Source: Chara braunii (Eukaryota > Plantae > Charophyceae). From it: DNA of 63,903 bases. Position 1 is the stretch's first letter. Each line of letters opens with the position of its first letter. The translations under genes and the position numbers were made by a program. The notes under the pieces are model-generated. The model ran no database searches. It had not been told where the DNA came from and saw nothing but the letters and a program-made list of their open reading frames with translations. Shown piece by piece: positions 1 through 12,193 of the stretch. The stretch lies in the NCBI GenBank assembly GCA_003427395.1, contig BFEA01000044.1:289306-353208 (forward strand). Reading direction: 5' to 3'.

Positions 1-149
1 AAAAAAAAAAAAAAAAAAAAAAAAAACACACTCTTTCGTGGTCTTCCCGTTCACCGTGAACGGCCGTTCACAGGCGTAGGGCCAAATGACCGGCCGTTCA
101 CGTTCAAGTGACCGGTGCCGGTCACGTTCACGGTGACGGAACGTGACCG

Positions 150-815
150 GCAACACGACTGGGATCAATTGCACACAGCCGCCGAAATCGCCTACAACAA
201 CGCCGTTTGTCCCTCCACTGACATGTCCCAATTTTACCTTGACCTTGGCTACCATCCCCGCCTGCCCTCCGACTTCTTGCTCCCTTTGCAACTTAACCCG
301 TCCTCTCTCTGCCCTTCGCTCAATGAATGGGTTGCAACAATGAACCGACTCCTACGAGAAGCCACTGAAGCCCTCTAACGAACACAAGAACTACTAGCCA
401 ACAAGACCAATAAACATAGACGTGACTTCACATTCAAAGTAGCGGACAAAGTCTGGCTCTCCACCAAACATCCCCCGGCAATTGCAATCTCCAACTCCCT
501 CCTGACATGAATCGTGTCCACCCTGTCTTCCACATAGAATACCTAAAAAAATACCATGAATCACCACCCCAATTCGCTGACCGCCCATATCCTAGACCCC
601 CACCAATCATGTTATCTACAGGCCCCGAATTCGTTGTAGAACCCATCATAGGACGAAGAACTACTCATGTATCTGACCACCCTGAACCAATCATAGAATA
701 CAAAGTTAAATATACAGGATGCCCTGAAGAAGAATCCGCATGGGAACCTCTTGCTAACCTTCAGAATGCCATGAAACTTGTTCGCACCTATGATCGGACC
801 CATCCTATATCCTAG
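150..815 (+). pseudogene. Ty3/gypsy chromovirus integrase C-terminus plus chromodomain (relic)
   Basis: DWDQLHTAAEIAYNNAVCPSTDMSQFYLDLGYHP (integrase core end), KHRRDFTFKVADKVWLST and RVHPVFHIEYLKKY (GPY/F region), and FVVEPIIGRR..EYKVKYTGCPEEESAWEP..LQNA (chromodomain); broken by a stop at 376-378 and a deletion/frameshift. Confidence 0.9.
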
Positions 816-1713
816 CTACCCACTATGAGTAGGCCCTACCTGAACCCTACCTAAACCCTGTCTCAACTCTGCTTAAACCCTGTCTCAGCCCTGCCTCCCT
901 GCTCTACACACATCCCCTGTACCCAGCAAAACCCTTGCCTCTTGACCTCCCTCTGTCTGATCTGCTCTTGCCTCCGTCTCGTCCCATTCTCCCATCTGTC
1001 CTCCGCCACATCTCTGTCACCTCTTGTCCAAGCCCTACATGTGGCCCGTGCGCGTCGCCAGCGATAAAGGATCTAATGGCAAGCGCACGAGGACGATGGC
1101 ATGCTGCAGCTCAGTACGAGGAGATAAGACAGCCGGTTGGCCACCATGCTGTTCCCTTTGGCCGGCACCTTGGACTCACAGACTTCTGGAGCAGCACCTT
1201 TGACATGGACAGCAAGATCAGTCTGCAACCTGTTATCCGGCTCAGACCTCGTCATCAGATCGTGTACACTGTACCGGATGCAACCTGCTACTGGGACAAT
1301 CAAGCTGAAGCCCTCGCCGTCTACAACACAGAACTGCTCAAGACTGCTTCCTCACCGACACTTCTGCAACACCCTCCAAGACCTATCTTCAAGACTTTCT
1401 CAACGGACCACTACACAGAACTTGCAGCCTGTACCCAAAACCCCGACCCTCAGCAACCCCGACCCCGGACATTGCAAGACAATTTCCTTTTTGGGGCAAG
1501 TACGTTTATATCACCCTTTGGTTTCGAAAGGGCAAAAAAAACACGAATGGGCAACGAAAAAATGGCTGTAGTTCAAAAAGGCAGAAAAAACAGCAAAAGG
1601 CGGTAACATCAGGCCCCGAGTTCGAAAAGGCAGAAATACCGCATTTTGCAGGCTTTTTTTTTTTTTTTCCGGTCGGTCGGTCGCCCGCCCGCTGCGCCGC
1701 AGCGCCACAGCTG

Positions 1714-2362
1714 GGGTCTGGTCCCACCTAACGTTGTTGAGTTTAGAAAACTCAGCCATTTCGACATTAATAAATTCAAAACAAGAAATTAAAAAACTGA
1801 AAAAAATGCTAGAAATAGCTTTTCTCCTTATTTTTTATAACGTAACTCGGAGAAATGAAACATGTCTGGAACAGTCGGAGTGAAAGTCTCCGTGAAAAAG
1901 GGATACTCCCCATGGTGAGGGGACAGGAGGTCACCATTTGTAAAATGGACAGGGACGACGTGGATGGCCAAATGCATTCATTGCCCAAAGAAGGAAACGA
2001 GTTTGATGCCAGACAGCCAAACACAGCTGTCAGAGTTCCTCCGTTTCAGGATGCAATGAGGTCTTAAAAAACAAAAAAAAGGAAAGGCACTGCGGTTGAG
2101 AAATGTACCCTACCCTCGGTAGGGTAGTTTTCTCAATGGAAAATGGCTTCCCGCCCAAACCAAAAGGGCCAACGCATACTACAAAACGGATTTCACGTCA
2201 AAGAAATATTCTACAAAATGACTAAATCTAATAGGTTATTCTCCTGTATTTTGGTACCGTTAGATTCGCAATACATCAACGGCAGAGTTCCGTCCCACCA
2301 TGCCACACGTGATAGAAAGCCTAGCGTTGAGAAAACTCAACGCTGTAGGTGGGACTAGACCC
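1714..2362. mobile_element. PIF/Harbinger-like MITE, 3-bp TSD CTG
   Basis: 17-bp TIR GGGTCT(G/A)GTCCCACCTA with 1 mismatch; CTG at 1711-1713 and 2363-2365; internal hairpin at 2096-2136. Confidence 0.75.
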
Positions 2363-2380
2363 CTGGAAGGAGAAAGAAAA

Positions 2381-2381
2381 G

Positions 2382-2430
<49 letters not shown>
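2381..2430. repeat. (GTT)n microsatellite
   Basis: Direct reading. Confidence 0.95.
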
Positions 2431-2432
<2 letters not shown>

Positions 2433-2991
2433 TTTCGGTCGGTCGGTCGGTCGCCCGCCTGGTGCGCCGCGCCGCGGCTGGGAAAAAAAAAAANAAAAAC
2501 GGTCTACAAAATACGGTATTTCTGCCTTTTCGAACTCGGGGCCTGATGTTACCGCCTTTTGCTGTTATTTCTGCCTTTTCGAACTGCGGCCATTTTTTCA
2601 TTGCCCATTCATGTTTTTTTTGCCTTTCTTCCTTGTTTTTAAGGATCACATAACCCTCCCGCCCCCTGAAACCCCTAGTTCACCAGTAGTATTTCCCCGT
2701 TCCCCGTTATTCCCAACCCCTTAGTTCATCAGTAGGATTACCCGATTCCCTGAAGTTCCCTTAGCTCATCAGTAGTATAACCTTGTTCCCCTGCAGTTAC
2801 CAGTCACCAGTAGGATAACCCTGTTCCCAGTTCACTGGCAATAAACCATGTTCCCTCTTACTCCCCAGCCCAGGCCATCCACATTATACCCCTCTCCCCT
2901 TTCGACATGATGACCAGTGATCCGCCCCATCCCATCCTTCACAGACGTCAGCATTGTTTCATGACTTTTGGCAGCTGGGACGTTGCCTTCT

Positions 2992-3733
2992 AGAGGGAGG
3001 GGATAGTGTTACGGACTCAGCCAGGGCTCGATCCCTGGTCCGCGGGTTACCACCCACCAACCTACTATTTTATTTTATTTTTTTGTTTTCTTGTTTTTAT
3101 TTTTTTCTGCTCTTGTTCTGACTGTTGACGCCCTCTGCAGTTGGCGTCCGTTCTCAAATTCCTCCTTGGCACTTTCGGACTTTGACACTTGGCGCCATCC
3201 GACAATTTGGCGCCCAGACTCAGACCTTCGATTTTCAGTTCAGCCCTGTGGCAAATTGCACCTCTGCCCTTGGGACTGAACTTGAGTCCTGTACTTAAGA
3301 CAGGACCAAAGCCCAGTACGGGCATTCAGTTTTAGGTCTCCGTGCTTGTGCTTCAGTTTGACTTGCTGCTACATTGTGTTCAGAATCCAAGATTGTGACT
3401 TTGCGCGACTTTCCCTCGCCGTGTCTCCGTCCATCGCATCGAGTCGAGTCCATGTCAAGTTGAGTGAGTGTGTGTGTGTGCCCTCACTCTCTCCCTCTCT
3501 CTCCCCCGGGCCTCGCTACTCTGCCTCCGCCTCGTCACAGTAGACCAGATAGTCGAGAACCAAGCAGAAAGCGTAGTGCACCGAGATACAAGCCAAATAA
3601 GAGCAATACAATGAACTCAAATGTCGACACTCTCTCGCCACATCAACACAGTTAGTATCCAATGTCGCTCTTGATTGGTGCTCAGCGCCCAACCTCAGCC
3701 TACTAGACTAGCCTACACTACGTTCATGCAACA
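2992..3733 (+). mobile_element. Polypurine tract (2992-3006) and 3' LTR (3007-3733) of the chromovirus
   Basis: AGAGGGAGGGGATAG directly followed by TGTTAC..., ending ...GCAACA (TG..CA ends, near-inverted 6-mer); the right end is inferred. Confidence 0.7.
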
Positions 3734-3787
3734 GGCATTACTTCGAAGCTGAAGACCAATGTACGTGACGACGTCGCCAATGCAGAC

Positions 3788-3941
3788 TGCCAGCATACAC
3801 CAGGTACGTGTCTCTCTCCTCCCCCCAGCACCCCCTGGGAGGCCAGCATACACCAGGTACGTGTCTGTCTCCTCCCCTCAGCACCCCCTGGGAGGCCAGC
3901 ATACACCAGGTATGTGTCTCTCTCCTCCCCTCAGCACCCCC
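3788..3941. repeat. About 54-bp tandem repeat, about 3 copies
   Basis: GCCAGCATACACCAGGTAYGTGTCT..CCTCCCC.CAGCACCCCCTG repeated. Confidence 0.9.
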
Positions 3942-4580
3942 TGTCCTCCCACAGTATGCGCCTCCTAGCCGAAGACCACCAACGCCATCACCTGCCTTGC
4001 GCCCCAGCAGCCCAGCTATGGCCGCGGTGCGTCCGCTGTGACCGCAGCGCCCCTCTCACCTCTCAGCGCCCGCGTGTGCCCTTGCCAGCCAGTGCGAAGC
4101 AGCCGCTCGTGCAATGATGTAGCAGCGTGACCGCAATGCCCGACTAGGCCAGAATACCCTGGGCAGGGGCGAGCACTGTGCTTTATGGAAAGTGCGCCCT
4201 CTTTGGCCTGCGCTGGGCCGCAAACATGCGGCCCAGTAGCTTGACATCGGCCCAAAGTGTCTGCGCCAAGGCCCATTCAGACAGTTGCCCGGGATTGCAA
4301 CTTCACGATGTGCCCAACCACCCACGTAAACTGTGACATGCTCCCTGCTTGCTGATTGGCCAAGAGGCCAGCTCCCACGTCCAAGCATAGAAGAGCCTTT
4401 AAGGCTCTCGTAAGATTCTAATGCTCACGAGCTGGGCCTTTGTAACCAACTGGCACGGGCACACTGTCTGGTGCCCACAATGCAGAAATGGCACAGTTGA
4501 GGCCCTGTGTAGAATTCAGGCCCGCCTCCACTTAGGCCGGGCACATTGCTTGCCTGGGACCCCTTGGGCATTGGGAGGCC

Positions 4581-4926
4581 ATGGGTGAAAGTACACACAC
4601 ACACGATCAACAAGATCGAAGTCCAAGTAACTGCGACAAGAGCTTTCAATAGAAAGAGTAACATCCAAGAGGTCGCGAACGACAACTTGAGAATAACCTC
4701 AACTCTCCACCACTTCTTCTCCCTTTACTGCACCCGCACTTCCACTTCCCAAAACCAGGCACCAGCCTGGCGCCATGTCTGCGACAAAAGCTTTCAATAG
4801 AGAGAGTAACATCCAAGAGGTNGCGAACGAAAACTCGAGAATAACCTCAACTCTCCACCACTTCTTCTCTCTTTACTGCACCCGCACTTCCACTTCCCAA
4901 AACCAGGCACCAGCCTGGCACCATGT
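4581..4926 (-). repeat. 3' pseudo-LTR of the PLE, containing a tandem unit of about 146 bp x2
   Basis: Matches 9157-9480; internal units about 4633-4779 and 4780-4926. Confidence 0.85.
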
Positions 4927-4973
4927 CGAAAGAGGACTAGACCGTAGTCTGACTAATCTATATATAGCAGAAG

Positions 4974-7880
4974 CTATTCCGAGCTCCCACACAGAAGACT
5001 GACAGTCAATTGCCAAAACGAGTCGCGATTCCGTGCGAAGTTCCCGAGAGCCTTCGCGAAGAAGAGATCAGAAAAACTCTTCGCCCTGTACTCTTTCCTC
5101 AGGGTAAGAACCTGCTGGGGAATACGGGCTCGATCCGTAGTGTTCCTGTCTATACGGTACAGCCAACCCGTAATAGACGCCAGTTTCTGCCTTCTAGAGG
5201 ACCACGAATTGAGGTCCTGACCAGTTCTAAAAGTAATCTGGTCAGAAGACCACATCGTATCCTGATTCTTGGTTCGCTGAAAACAACCAAAAAAAGGAAA
5301 CATCCATTTTACTTCCATACCGCACCCAAGGAAATCCCAGGTACCGGAACAATTGTCGGTCCTTTTCAAGGTCAGTGACTCTGGAAAGCAACTCTCGAAC
5401 TTTCTTCTGATCCTGTTGGCTTTCACAATAGACTTTCCGTCTCCCTGGTTATAGGCCAAGAAAATGGACACATCATCCATGAGCCTCACTCCATACACTA
5501 ACCTTCGGTTGGTTCCCAATGAGATCAGAAACCGCCACTCTGCATGCGCACACATAATGCATGCAAGTGGCGGACTGGTACTTTTCCCCATGGGAATACC
5601 GAACACTTGCCTTAACAGAACGTCTAAAGCTTTAGTGTAGGTATGCGAGAGTTCAAAATCCACGAAACTCCGAATCTGCAGCCTGGTCACTCTCCACCAA
5701 TTGTCATACAACCTGCTTCCAAAGGTGGCCCCCTTCCCCCTAGGATTCACTCTGATTTCCTTCACATCACAAAAACAATCAAGCAACCAATCCAAAGTTA
5801 ATCGTATCTCCTGATGAAAGAGACTACTGAACATATCTTTAATATCATAAGATGTGGCCATCACTCTAGCATCTTGATATGCTTTCTTCATGCATACATT
5901 GGCTTTGTCCAGATGACCTCCCAATCTACTAACAGCATTAAGATAAAAATGCACTTTCTCTGGTAACTGGTTCAGAAGATGGTTCAGCGCTCTCGCCACC
6001 TTTCTGCAGATGTGATTAGTGGGTTCACGATACGTGGGGCATATTGGGCGGAATCGGGACAGGTCTTTCTGCTTCGGAAGGACATACGCGCATCCCACAC
6101 TCCCTTTCACTTTCCAAGCTCCCATTTTTTGTAGACCTCTATTCTTAAAATCCTGCCTCGCTTCTTTCCAAACACTGCCCTCATCGTTCTGCGTGGCTAC
6201 ATAGCCCTCACTTCTCACAAATAGGTCGTTTTCTGCTTCCAAGTACATCTTATTAGCACAATTTCACCCGGATGACAATCGACCGGAGTGAAAACCAAAT
6301 CTGGAAAACTCCGTTTCAAAGCCCACACATCTTCCATCGATACCTCCCCTGGTTTCCTTACCGACTGATTGAAACATTCGTAAACGTTATCCTTAGTAAA
6401 ATTCACAGAAATCAACGGACCAGGTTTCCATTTAGCAAAGCCTTCCGCCAACTCAGTGGCCATGGATTCTACCCTGTCGCCTGCGTCCCTTCACAGGTCG
6501 AGGTATGTTGTTTGAATTCAGGATGGAACGAGGAAGTCCCGGGATCTCGCTCAAACGACATTTCACATGCCCATCAATACAAGGCAAATTGTAACTCGTG
6601 CAAGTGTAGGCCTGCACGTCTTTGACGGCGGCCTTACGATGATTGCACAGTACGTCAGCAATAGACGGGTTTTTAACCCACACTACCTTGACCTTTCTTT
6701 GAAAAATGTCGCTCACAAATAATGGGAATTCCAAGTCTTTGATTCTCTCGTCACATAAACGCCTCACCCCGGCTAGACTGACGCGGTCATCATACCTCAC
6801 CTTAACAACCAAATTAGCATACAAATTGAAGTCATATCCTCGTTTGCTAGCCGCAAATAAGATTCTCTTTAAAAAATCCCTAGTAGCCTTCCTACTGAAT
6901 TCATACGCAGCCGACAACAAGTCGAAGAGAAAACACAAATCACGAAGAAACAGAGTATCTCGTTTCTTTGGAAGGTGTAAGATGGAGGTCAGGAAGGCAT
7001 GAAGTCGCTTAGATTTCCGTTTCCTCCTCTTCGAATATACAAAGTTAATGTCTCTACAATCCTCGACATCACCCTTGCAATCTTTGAAACGATGTTTCCT
7101 CCCACTGACTTCCACCTCAGAATTCCCGAAAACACTGCGCACGGTTTTCCATTTATCACACCATATCCCTCCCCCCTCCGACTTCAAAACGAAATTACGT
7201 ACTCCATCTTTCTCTGCGTCACTCAAAACTTGCAGTAATTTCACCGTGGAAAATGTCGAATCACCCCGCCTAACCCGAATCACTTCTCTATTCTCTCGAG
7301 CATGGTTATTCCTCCTTCCTCCTTTTGACTTCCCTTTTCGCTCCTTCTTACCTCTTCTACCTTTTCGTCTCTGCTTCTTCCCCCTGCGTTTCACACATCT
7401 GTAGCCTCTACTGTTCAAACAAGGTGACCAAGTACGAATATACCAATTTTCGAGGCTAATCAACGCATCAGCACGATCTAAACACACAGGGATAAGTACG
7501 TAGCTATGTATACCGACACATTCCATCCATCGATGGAAATGGGAGGCATGCACTTCATTGCTACGGGACTTCTGTCTGTGCTCGGCCCACCGAGTATCTA
7601 ATAACCTCTCCGTCTTACCTACGTAAGTAGCTTTGCACCATGGTGAAACACCCACATATACACAACTAGTAGGTCGGTCAAAGACATCCGGATTACCTGC
7701 CAAAAGATTTCCCCAGTCATTCGCGAACTTGGTCAGCCATGGGATACATCCACGAGAGGTTAGAGCCACAACTATCCAGCGAAAAAGAGTCTCCACATCA
7801 GCTTGTACGGGCGAGTGTGAGCGACGCAAATTTGACAACGATCTGCCGCATTCCCATAGTTCCTCATTACTGTAATCTCG
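4974..7880 (-). pseudogene. PLE ORF2: GIY-YIG endonuclease, CxC linker and reverse transcriptase (2 frameshifts)
   Basis: SCVYVGVSPWCKATYVGKTER..RWAEH..LENWYI..PCLN (GIY-YIG, no CCHH); YTCTSYNLPCIDGHV (degenerate CxC..H); RT motifs YVLPKQKD..RPIC, SYDIKDMF, GIPMGKSTSPPLA, RLMDD, DFLG; frame breaks near 6460 and 6230. Confidence 0.9.
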
Positions 7881-9037
7881 TCAGTCCAGGTCTTCTTTCT
7901 CCGACTCGTCTGAGGTCTCCCCGTCCTCGGATTCACTGTCCTCTGAGGTAGATGTTGATATCGGTTCTTCCTTCCCCTTGGAATGCGCGTACGTAGATAG
8001 GCCAACCGCCTCCTTTCCATGCCCGTAAGCAACACGAGCTCGATGCTCGGCCAGGGCCGCCACCGCCTGCCCTTTCCGAAAGTATGACACGCCTGCGCTC
8101 TTACTCATCTTCTGGATTTCACGATAGTCCAGCCCCTCCAAATACCTGATCGTATCGTCTACAAACCTTTCCCTTGCTCCGGGTCCCGAACCCGCCATAG
8201 CTCCTTTCTTCGAGGGATCATTCTTCTCGCGTAGACTCCTCATGGTAATGGGCTTCAAGCCCATCTACATCTTCTTCGCAGATAGAGGAGGTCGTCCCCT
8301 CCGCACACGATTATCTTCAAGAGGCGTACTCTCCGGGCTCGATTGCGACTCCTCCTCCTCAGTAGTAGTTATCCGCTTTCGCTTGTCGGCAATCGTCAAA
8401 CGCCCTGTACGATGACTAATCTCCAACACTTCTTCGTCAGACGAAGGATAGTACTTATCTTGAAATTGTCGATGCTTGCGCGCCCTCCTTTGTTCACGCC
8501 TTCTACGACTGCGACTCTTATTGCTGAGCGGCGAGTCGCTCCCCTCCTCCTTTCGCTCTAGCCTTTCTCCATATCTCTTAGAGAATTGGATATCAATGAT
8601 CTTAGCCAAGCGTTGGCCGTTCTCGTCCTGTTCTTGCTTACGTCTCTCCTCCTTACGCTTCTTCTTTCCTCTTTCTCAAGTCTCTCTCTATCCTGTCGCT
8701 CCCTTTCCTCCTTTTCCTGCTTTTTACGAGCCTTAGCTTCCTCCTTGCTACCAGTAAGGTCACCAGATCTTTGACACTGTCAGACCCTGTACTCTGGTGC
8801 TTACTATCCGCAGACGGAGACCTCTTAGATTGCTCCCATCTTCGGCCTGCAGGGGAGGTGGAACGGCCTCGCTGCTTGGGAAGTGAGTCGGCGCCGGTCT
8901 CTACCTCCAACGCTTCACACTTGTCCTTCCAGTACAGCCAACAGTCACTGTTTGCAACTATAGCAAGTAGGAGGACCTCATCGAGGAGGATCTCCATCCC
9001 TGCCGTCATTGCCGCCTTGCTGACTTGACGAGGCCAT
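7881..9037 (-). pseudogene. PLE ORF1: gag-like protein with degenerate zinc knuckle, charged region and SAP-like motif
   Basis: ATG at 9037 reads MASSSQQGG..*GPPTCYSCKQ(deletion)DCWLYW; R/E/K/S-rich middle; LEGLDYREIQKMSKSAGVSYFRKGQAVAALAEHR resembles a SAP helix-loop-helix; internal stops and frameshifts. Confidence 0.6.
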
Positions 9038-9156
9038 CGAGTTCTCGTCAGCAAGGCTTGAGAAGTCAGTCAAAAGACTCAAAAGAGTCAAAACTCCAAT
9101 TCGCTTGACCACCACACGAAGTGTCTGCCCTCCGCAGGTTACCAAGGGCTTCAGCA

Positions 9157-9480
9157 ATGGGTGAAAGTACACACACACACGATCAACAAGATCAAAGTCC
9201 AAGTAACTGCGACAAAAGCTTTCAATAGAGAAAGTAACATCCAAGAGGTCAAGAATAACCTCAACTCTCCACCACTTCTTCTCCCTTTACTGCACTTCCA
9301 CTTCCCAAAACCAGGCACCAGCCTGGCGCCACGTCTGCGACAAAAGCTTTCAATAGAGAGAGTAACATCCAAGAGGTCGCGAACGACAACTCGAGAATAA
9401 CCTCAACTCTCCACCACTTCTTCTCCCTTTACTGCACCCGGACTTCCACTTCCCAAAACAAGGCACCAGCCTGGCGCCAT
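9157..9480 (-). repeat. 5' pseudo-LTR of the PLE
   Basis: Matches 4581-4926; internal units about 9208-9336 and 9337-9480. Confidence 0.85.
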
Positions 9481-9481
9481 G

Positions 9482-9524
<43 letters not shown>

Positions 9525-10776
9525 GGACAAAAGCTCCAATCTATTCGTGGGGAGCATCACGTGCTGAGAACCGGGCTCAGTGTCCCTTTGAAGTACAACT
9601 GAGAATATGTAACACATTTGAAATTCCGGGGCCATTACCGGGCTTCGGCTAGGAAAATAATCAGTCAATTACCTATGAGAAACAACTGCAGTTCTCAGAA
9701 AACTGCCTATGGCCTGGCGGCAGTATTTGAGGGTTGAATCCTCGCAAAAAAGCAATTAGAAAATATAGTGTTTTTTTTTCCAGTGATTAATTTGCTCTGT
9801 CGGTCCTAACGCGGGAAGCTGGACCCGCTGGAAGCCGGGCCCAGGGTCGAAGGGTCCAATAACAAATTAACAGACAAATTAATTAAACCATTGTTTTCGG
9901 GAATTCAACTCTGTCCTTTTTTCTCTTTTTCCCCCTTTTTTTTTTGGTCAAACGGGGCCAATGCTCATGCTCCACACCCTGTCCTTTTTCCTTTTAAAAA
10001 AAAAAAAAAAGGAATCCTGTCCTTTTCCGGTGGAATAGGATAGAGTACAGGACACATGCTGCAAGGATGGGTCCCACTTAATTGGATTTACTTAACGCTA
10101 TAATAATAAAAAATTGCATTGCAAGATTTGTCCCCAGAATCAAGGGTCTCGAGTTGCTCAGCCACATGGCCCAAGGCCCCAGTCCCATTTTCACCCACTA
10201 CTTATTGAATGATTTAGTGATAGTAATTTCTTACCTTAGATTGCAGTTATCAAAGACAATAATTAGCTTACAAACCGCATGTGGGCTCTACCTCGTCAGC
10301 CGAATAAGTACAAGTCCTTCGGGACAACCGAGAGAATTTGAAAGATACAGAGAAGATTAGGATCCCCCCTGCGCAAGAGCAGAAATCGAGAAATGGTCCA
10401 AATTACAAAAAAAACAAATAAAGGAGCTAGAAGTACTTTGGTAGACCTCCTCGACCTCCCTGACCACCATCCTCTTATCCATCAACATCCCATCCTCCCT
10501 GCCTGGCGGCAAGAAGAACGGGTTCCTTATCTACTCCGGAAAATTACACCGTGGATCATCTGGAAGGGCAGATGGGCGTACACCATTGATCGGGAATTCA
10601 CTACGAAAGAAGAATCTTGGGCCGAGCTGATAGCTATGGTGGAAATAGAACTCCATTGCAGAACTTCAAGGATCCCAGTCAAACAGTAGGCGAAAAAGAG
10701 ACCGGACAAGATGGTGGTCAACAGGGAGTCCTTTCTCAGAAGATGGCTGCTACACGGCAAGATTGCAACTCACTCA

Positions 10777-11715
10777 GGGCATACTCACACGAGGACCAAA
10801 AGAACCAAAATACCAAAATTTTTGAGTCATTTTTCGCGTCACACTGGAGAGGCTCGCTACCCAAATGCCTCAAACGGTGACCCTTCTGTCAGCGGCCTGC
10901 GGGGCCACGGGCGTACCCTTTTTGAGACCACCTCCGGAGGTGGTCTCAAATTACCTTCCGTTTTTTTCTTTCTATGTTCGCGAATTGAAGAGAATCGTAA
11001 ACGAAGAAGACAGCCCGCCAAACAACTGAAAGTGCGACCAGGAACATTTACGTTGTAGATAAGGCCCAAGCTTTTTACTAGCGTGATAAAAAAAAATTAA
11101 AAAAATTCATCTTTTCATTTGGTCCTCCCGCTTGTGACGGGGCGCACTTGCCCTGAATCCAAAGTGTCAGGGTCGCGACTTCGTCCTCTCTGGACGAGGT
11201 CCGCCCGTGTGACCAAATGCCTCAAAAAAGGCCAACCAAATGCCTCAAATTTTTGAGACTTTTGGTCCCGGTGTGAGGGCATACTCAGGGCATACTCACA
11301 CGGGGACCTATAATCCCATAGTCCCAAAAAAAAGGGGAAAATGCGGGTCACACGGATCTACCAAATTCGGAAATGTACTATTCCAGTGCCCATTTGTCAG
11401 CGGCCTGGGAAGCCGCGGGGCAAGGGATTTTGCGGTCNCCTCTGGAGGTGACCGCAAATTCCCTTTTTTTTTTTTGCATTTTCTTCAAAAATTGACAAAA
11501 ATTCGTTCACAAAAGTTCTTGCACAATTGGTGGATGGCGCCGTGTGACCAGCCAAGTACCAAATCCCCATTTCCCCAGACGGCCGCGACCTTGTCCCATC
11601 TGAAAAGGTACAGCAGTGTGAAGTGAACCATGCCCAAAACCTCAAATCGGCCCTTCCCAAATCCGCATATTTTGCGGATTTGGGGTCGCCGTGTGAGTAT
11701 GCCCTGAGTATGCCC
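10777..11715. mobile_element. PIF/Harbinger-like MITE, TSD TCA
   Basis: TIR GGGCATACTCACAC; TCA at 10774-10776 and 11716-11718; removing it restores the LINE frame (..IATH-S-DALEEMG..). Confidence 0.85.
11277..11704. mobile_element. Related MITE nested in the right TIR of the previous element, TSD TGA
   Basis: Same TIR; TGA at 11274-11276 and 11705-11707 splits the host TIR (..GTG-TGA|..|TGA-GTATGCCC). Confidence 0.8.
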
Positions 11716-11993
11716 TCAGATGCATTGGAAGAAATGGGACCGGAGCTGAAAACGGACCTCGGCACGGCAGCAGAAACCCAAGGGAACATGCATCAGAGAC
11801 CAACAACATCATCTAAGTGGTGATCTGAACAGTGTCAGGGCCTGGGAAGGAAGACCGGACCATCACAGGAGGCAAAGCAGAACATTCAGCAGAGCTCCCA
11901 TCGTCTATTAATTCTTGTTATGGCTGTAAGATAAGATTTGACAGGCTCTGAGAGGCTGAGAGGAACCCTGAGAGGAATACATGACATTGTTAA

Positions 11994-12193
11994 ACCACCA
12001 GTACTTGGCCCAGCTATCGTTGCCGAGCCTGGAATCCCCCTGCGCGCCAATTTTTGCCAAAGCGCCAGGGTACCGTTTCAATTTTTTTTGGCTGGCGCTT
12101 CCAGCCATTGAGGTCCGGTGCCCCGAAGCCCGAACTTTGCATAGCGTTCACGGCAACGGCCCGCGGCTGATGTATGGGCCAAGTACTGGTGGT
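11994..12193. mobile_element. 200-bp MITE with TTAA target duplication
   Basis: Perfect 19-bp TIR ACCACCAGTACTTGGCCCA; TTAA at 11990-11993 and 12194-12197. Confidence 0.8.

Larger units (their letters stand above)
1526..2628. mobile_element. Non-autonomous foldback/TIR element inserted in the chromovirus 3' region
   Basis: About 125-bp inverted repeats (1526-1650 vs 2500-2628, e.g. GGCGGTAACATCAGGCCCCGAGTTCGAAAAGGCAGAAATACCG); TSD not resolved. Confidence 0.65.
4581..9480 (-). mobile_element. Penelope-like retroelement with N-terminal endonuclease (Chlamys/Naiad-type), near full length with pseudo-LTRs
   Basis: Direct terminal repeats 4581-4926 and 9157-9480; GIY-YIG upstream of a PLE-type RT; GGCC flanks both ends (4577-4580, 9481-9484). 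Confidence 0.88.

Noticed and set aside
935-1606. 223-aa ORF as a protein-coding gene
   Set aside because: It has a non-ATG start, lies in the chromovirus 3' region, runs into an inserted repeat and shows no motif.
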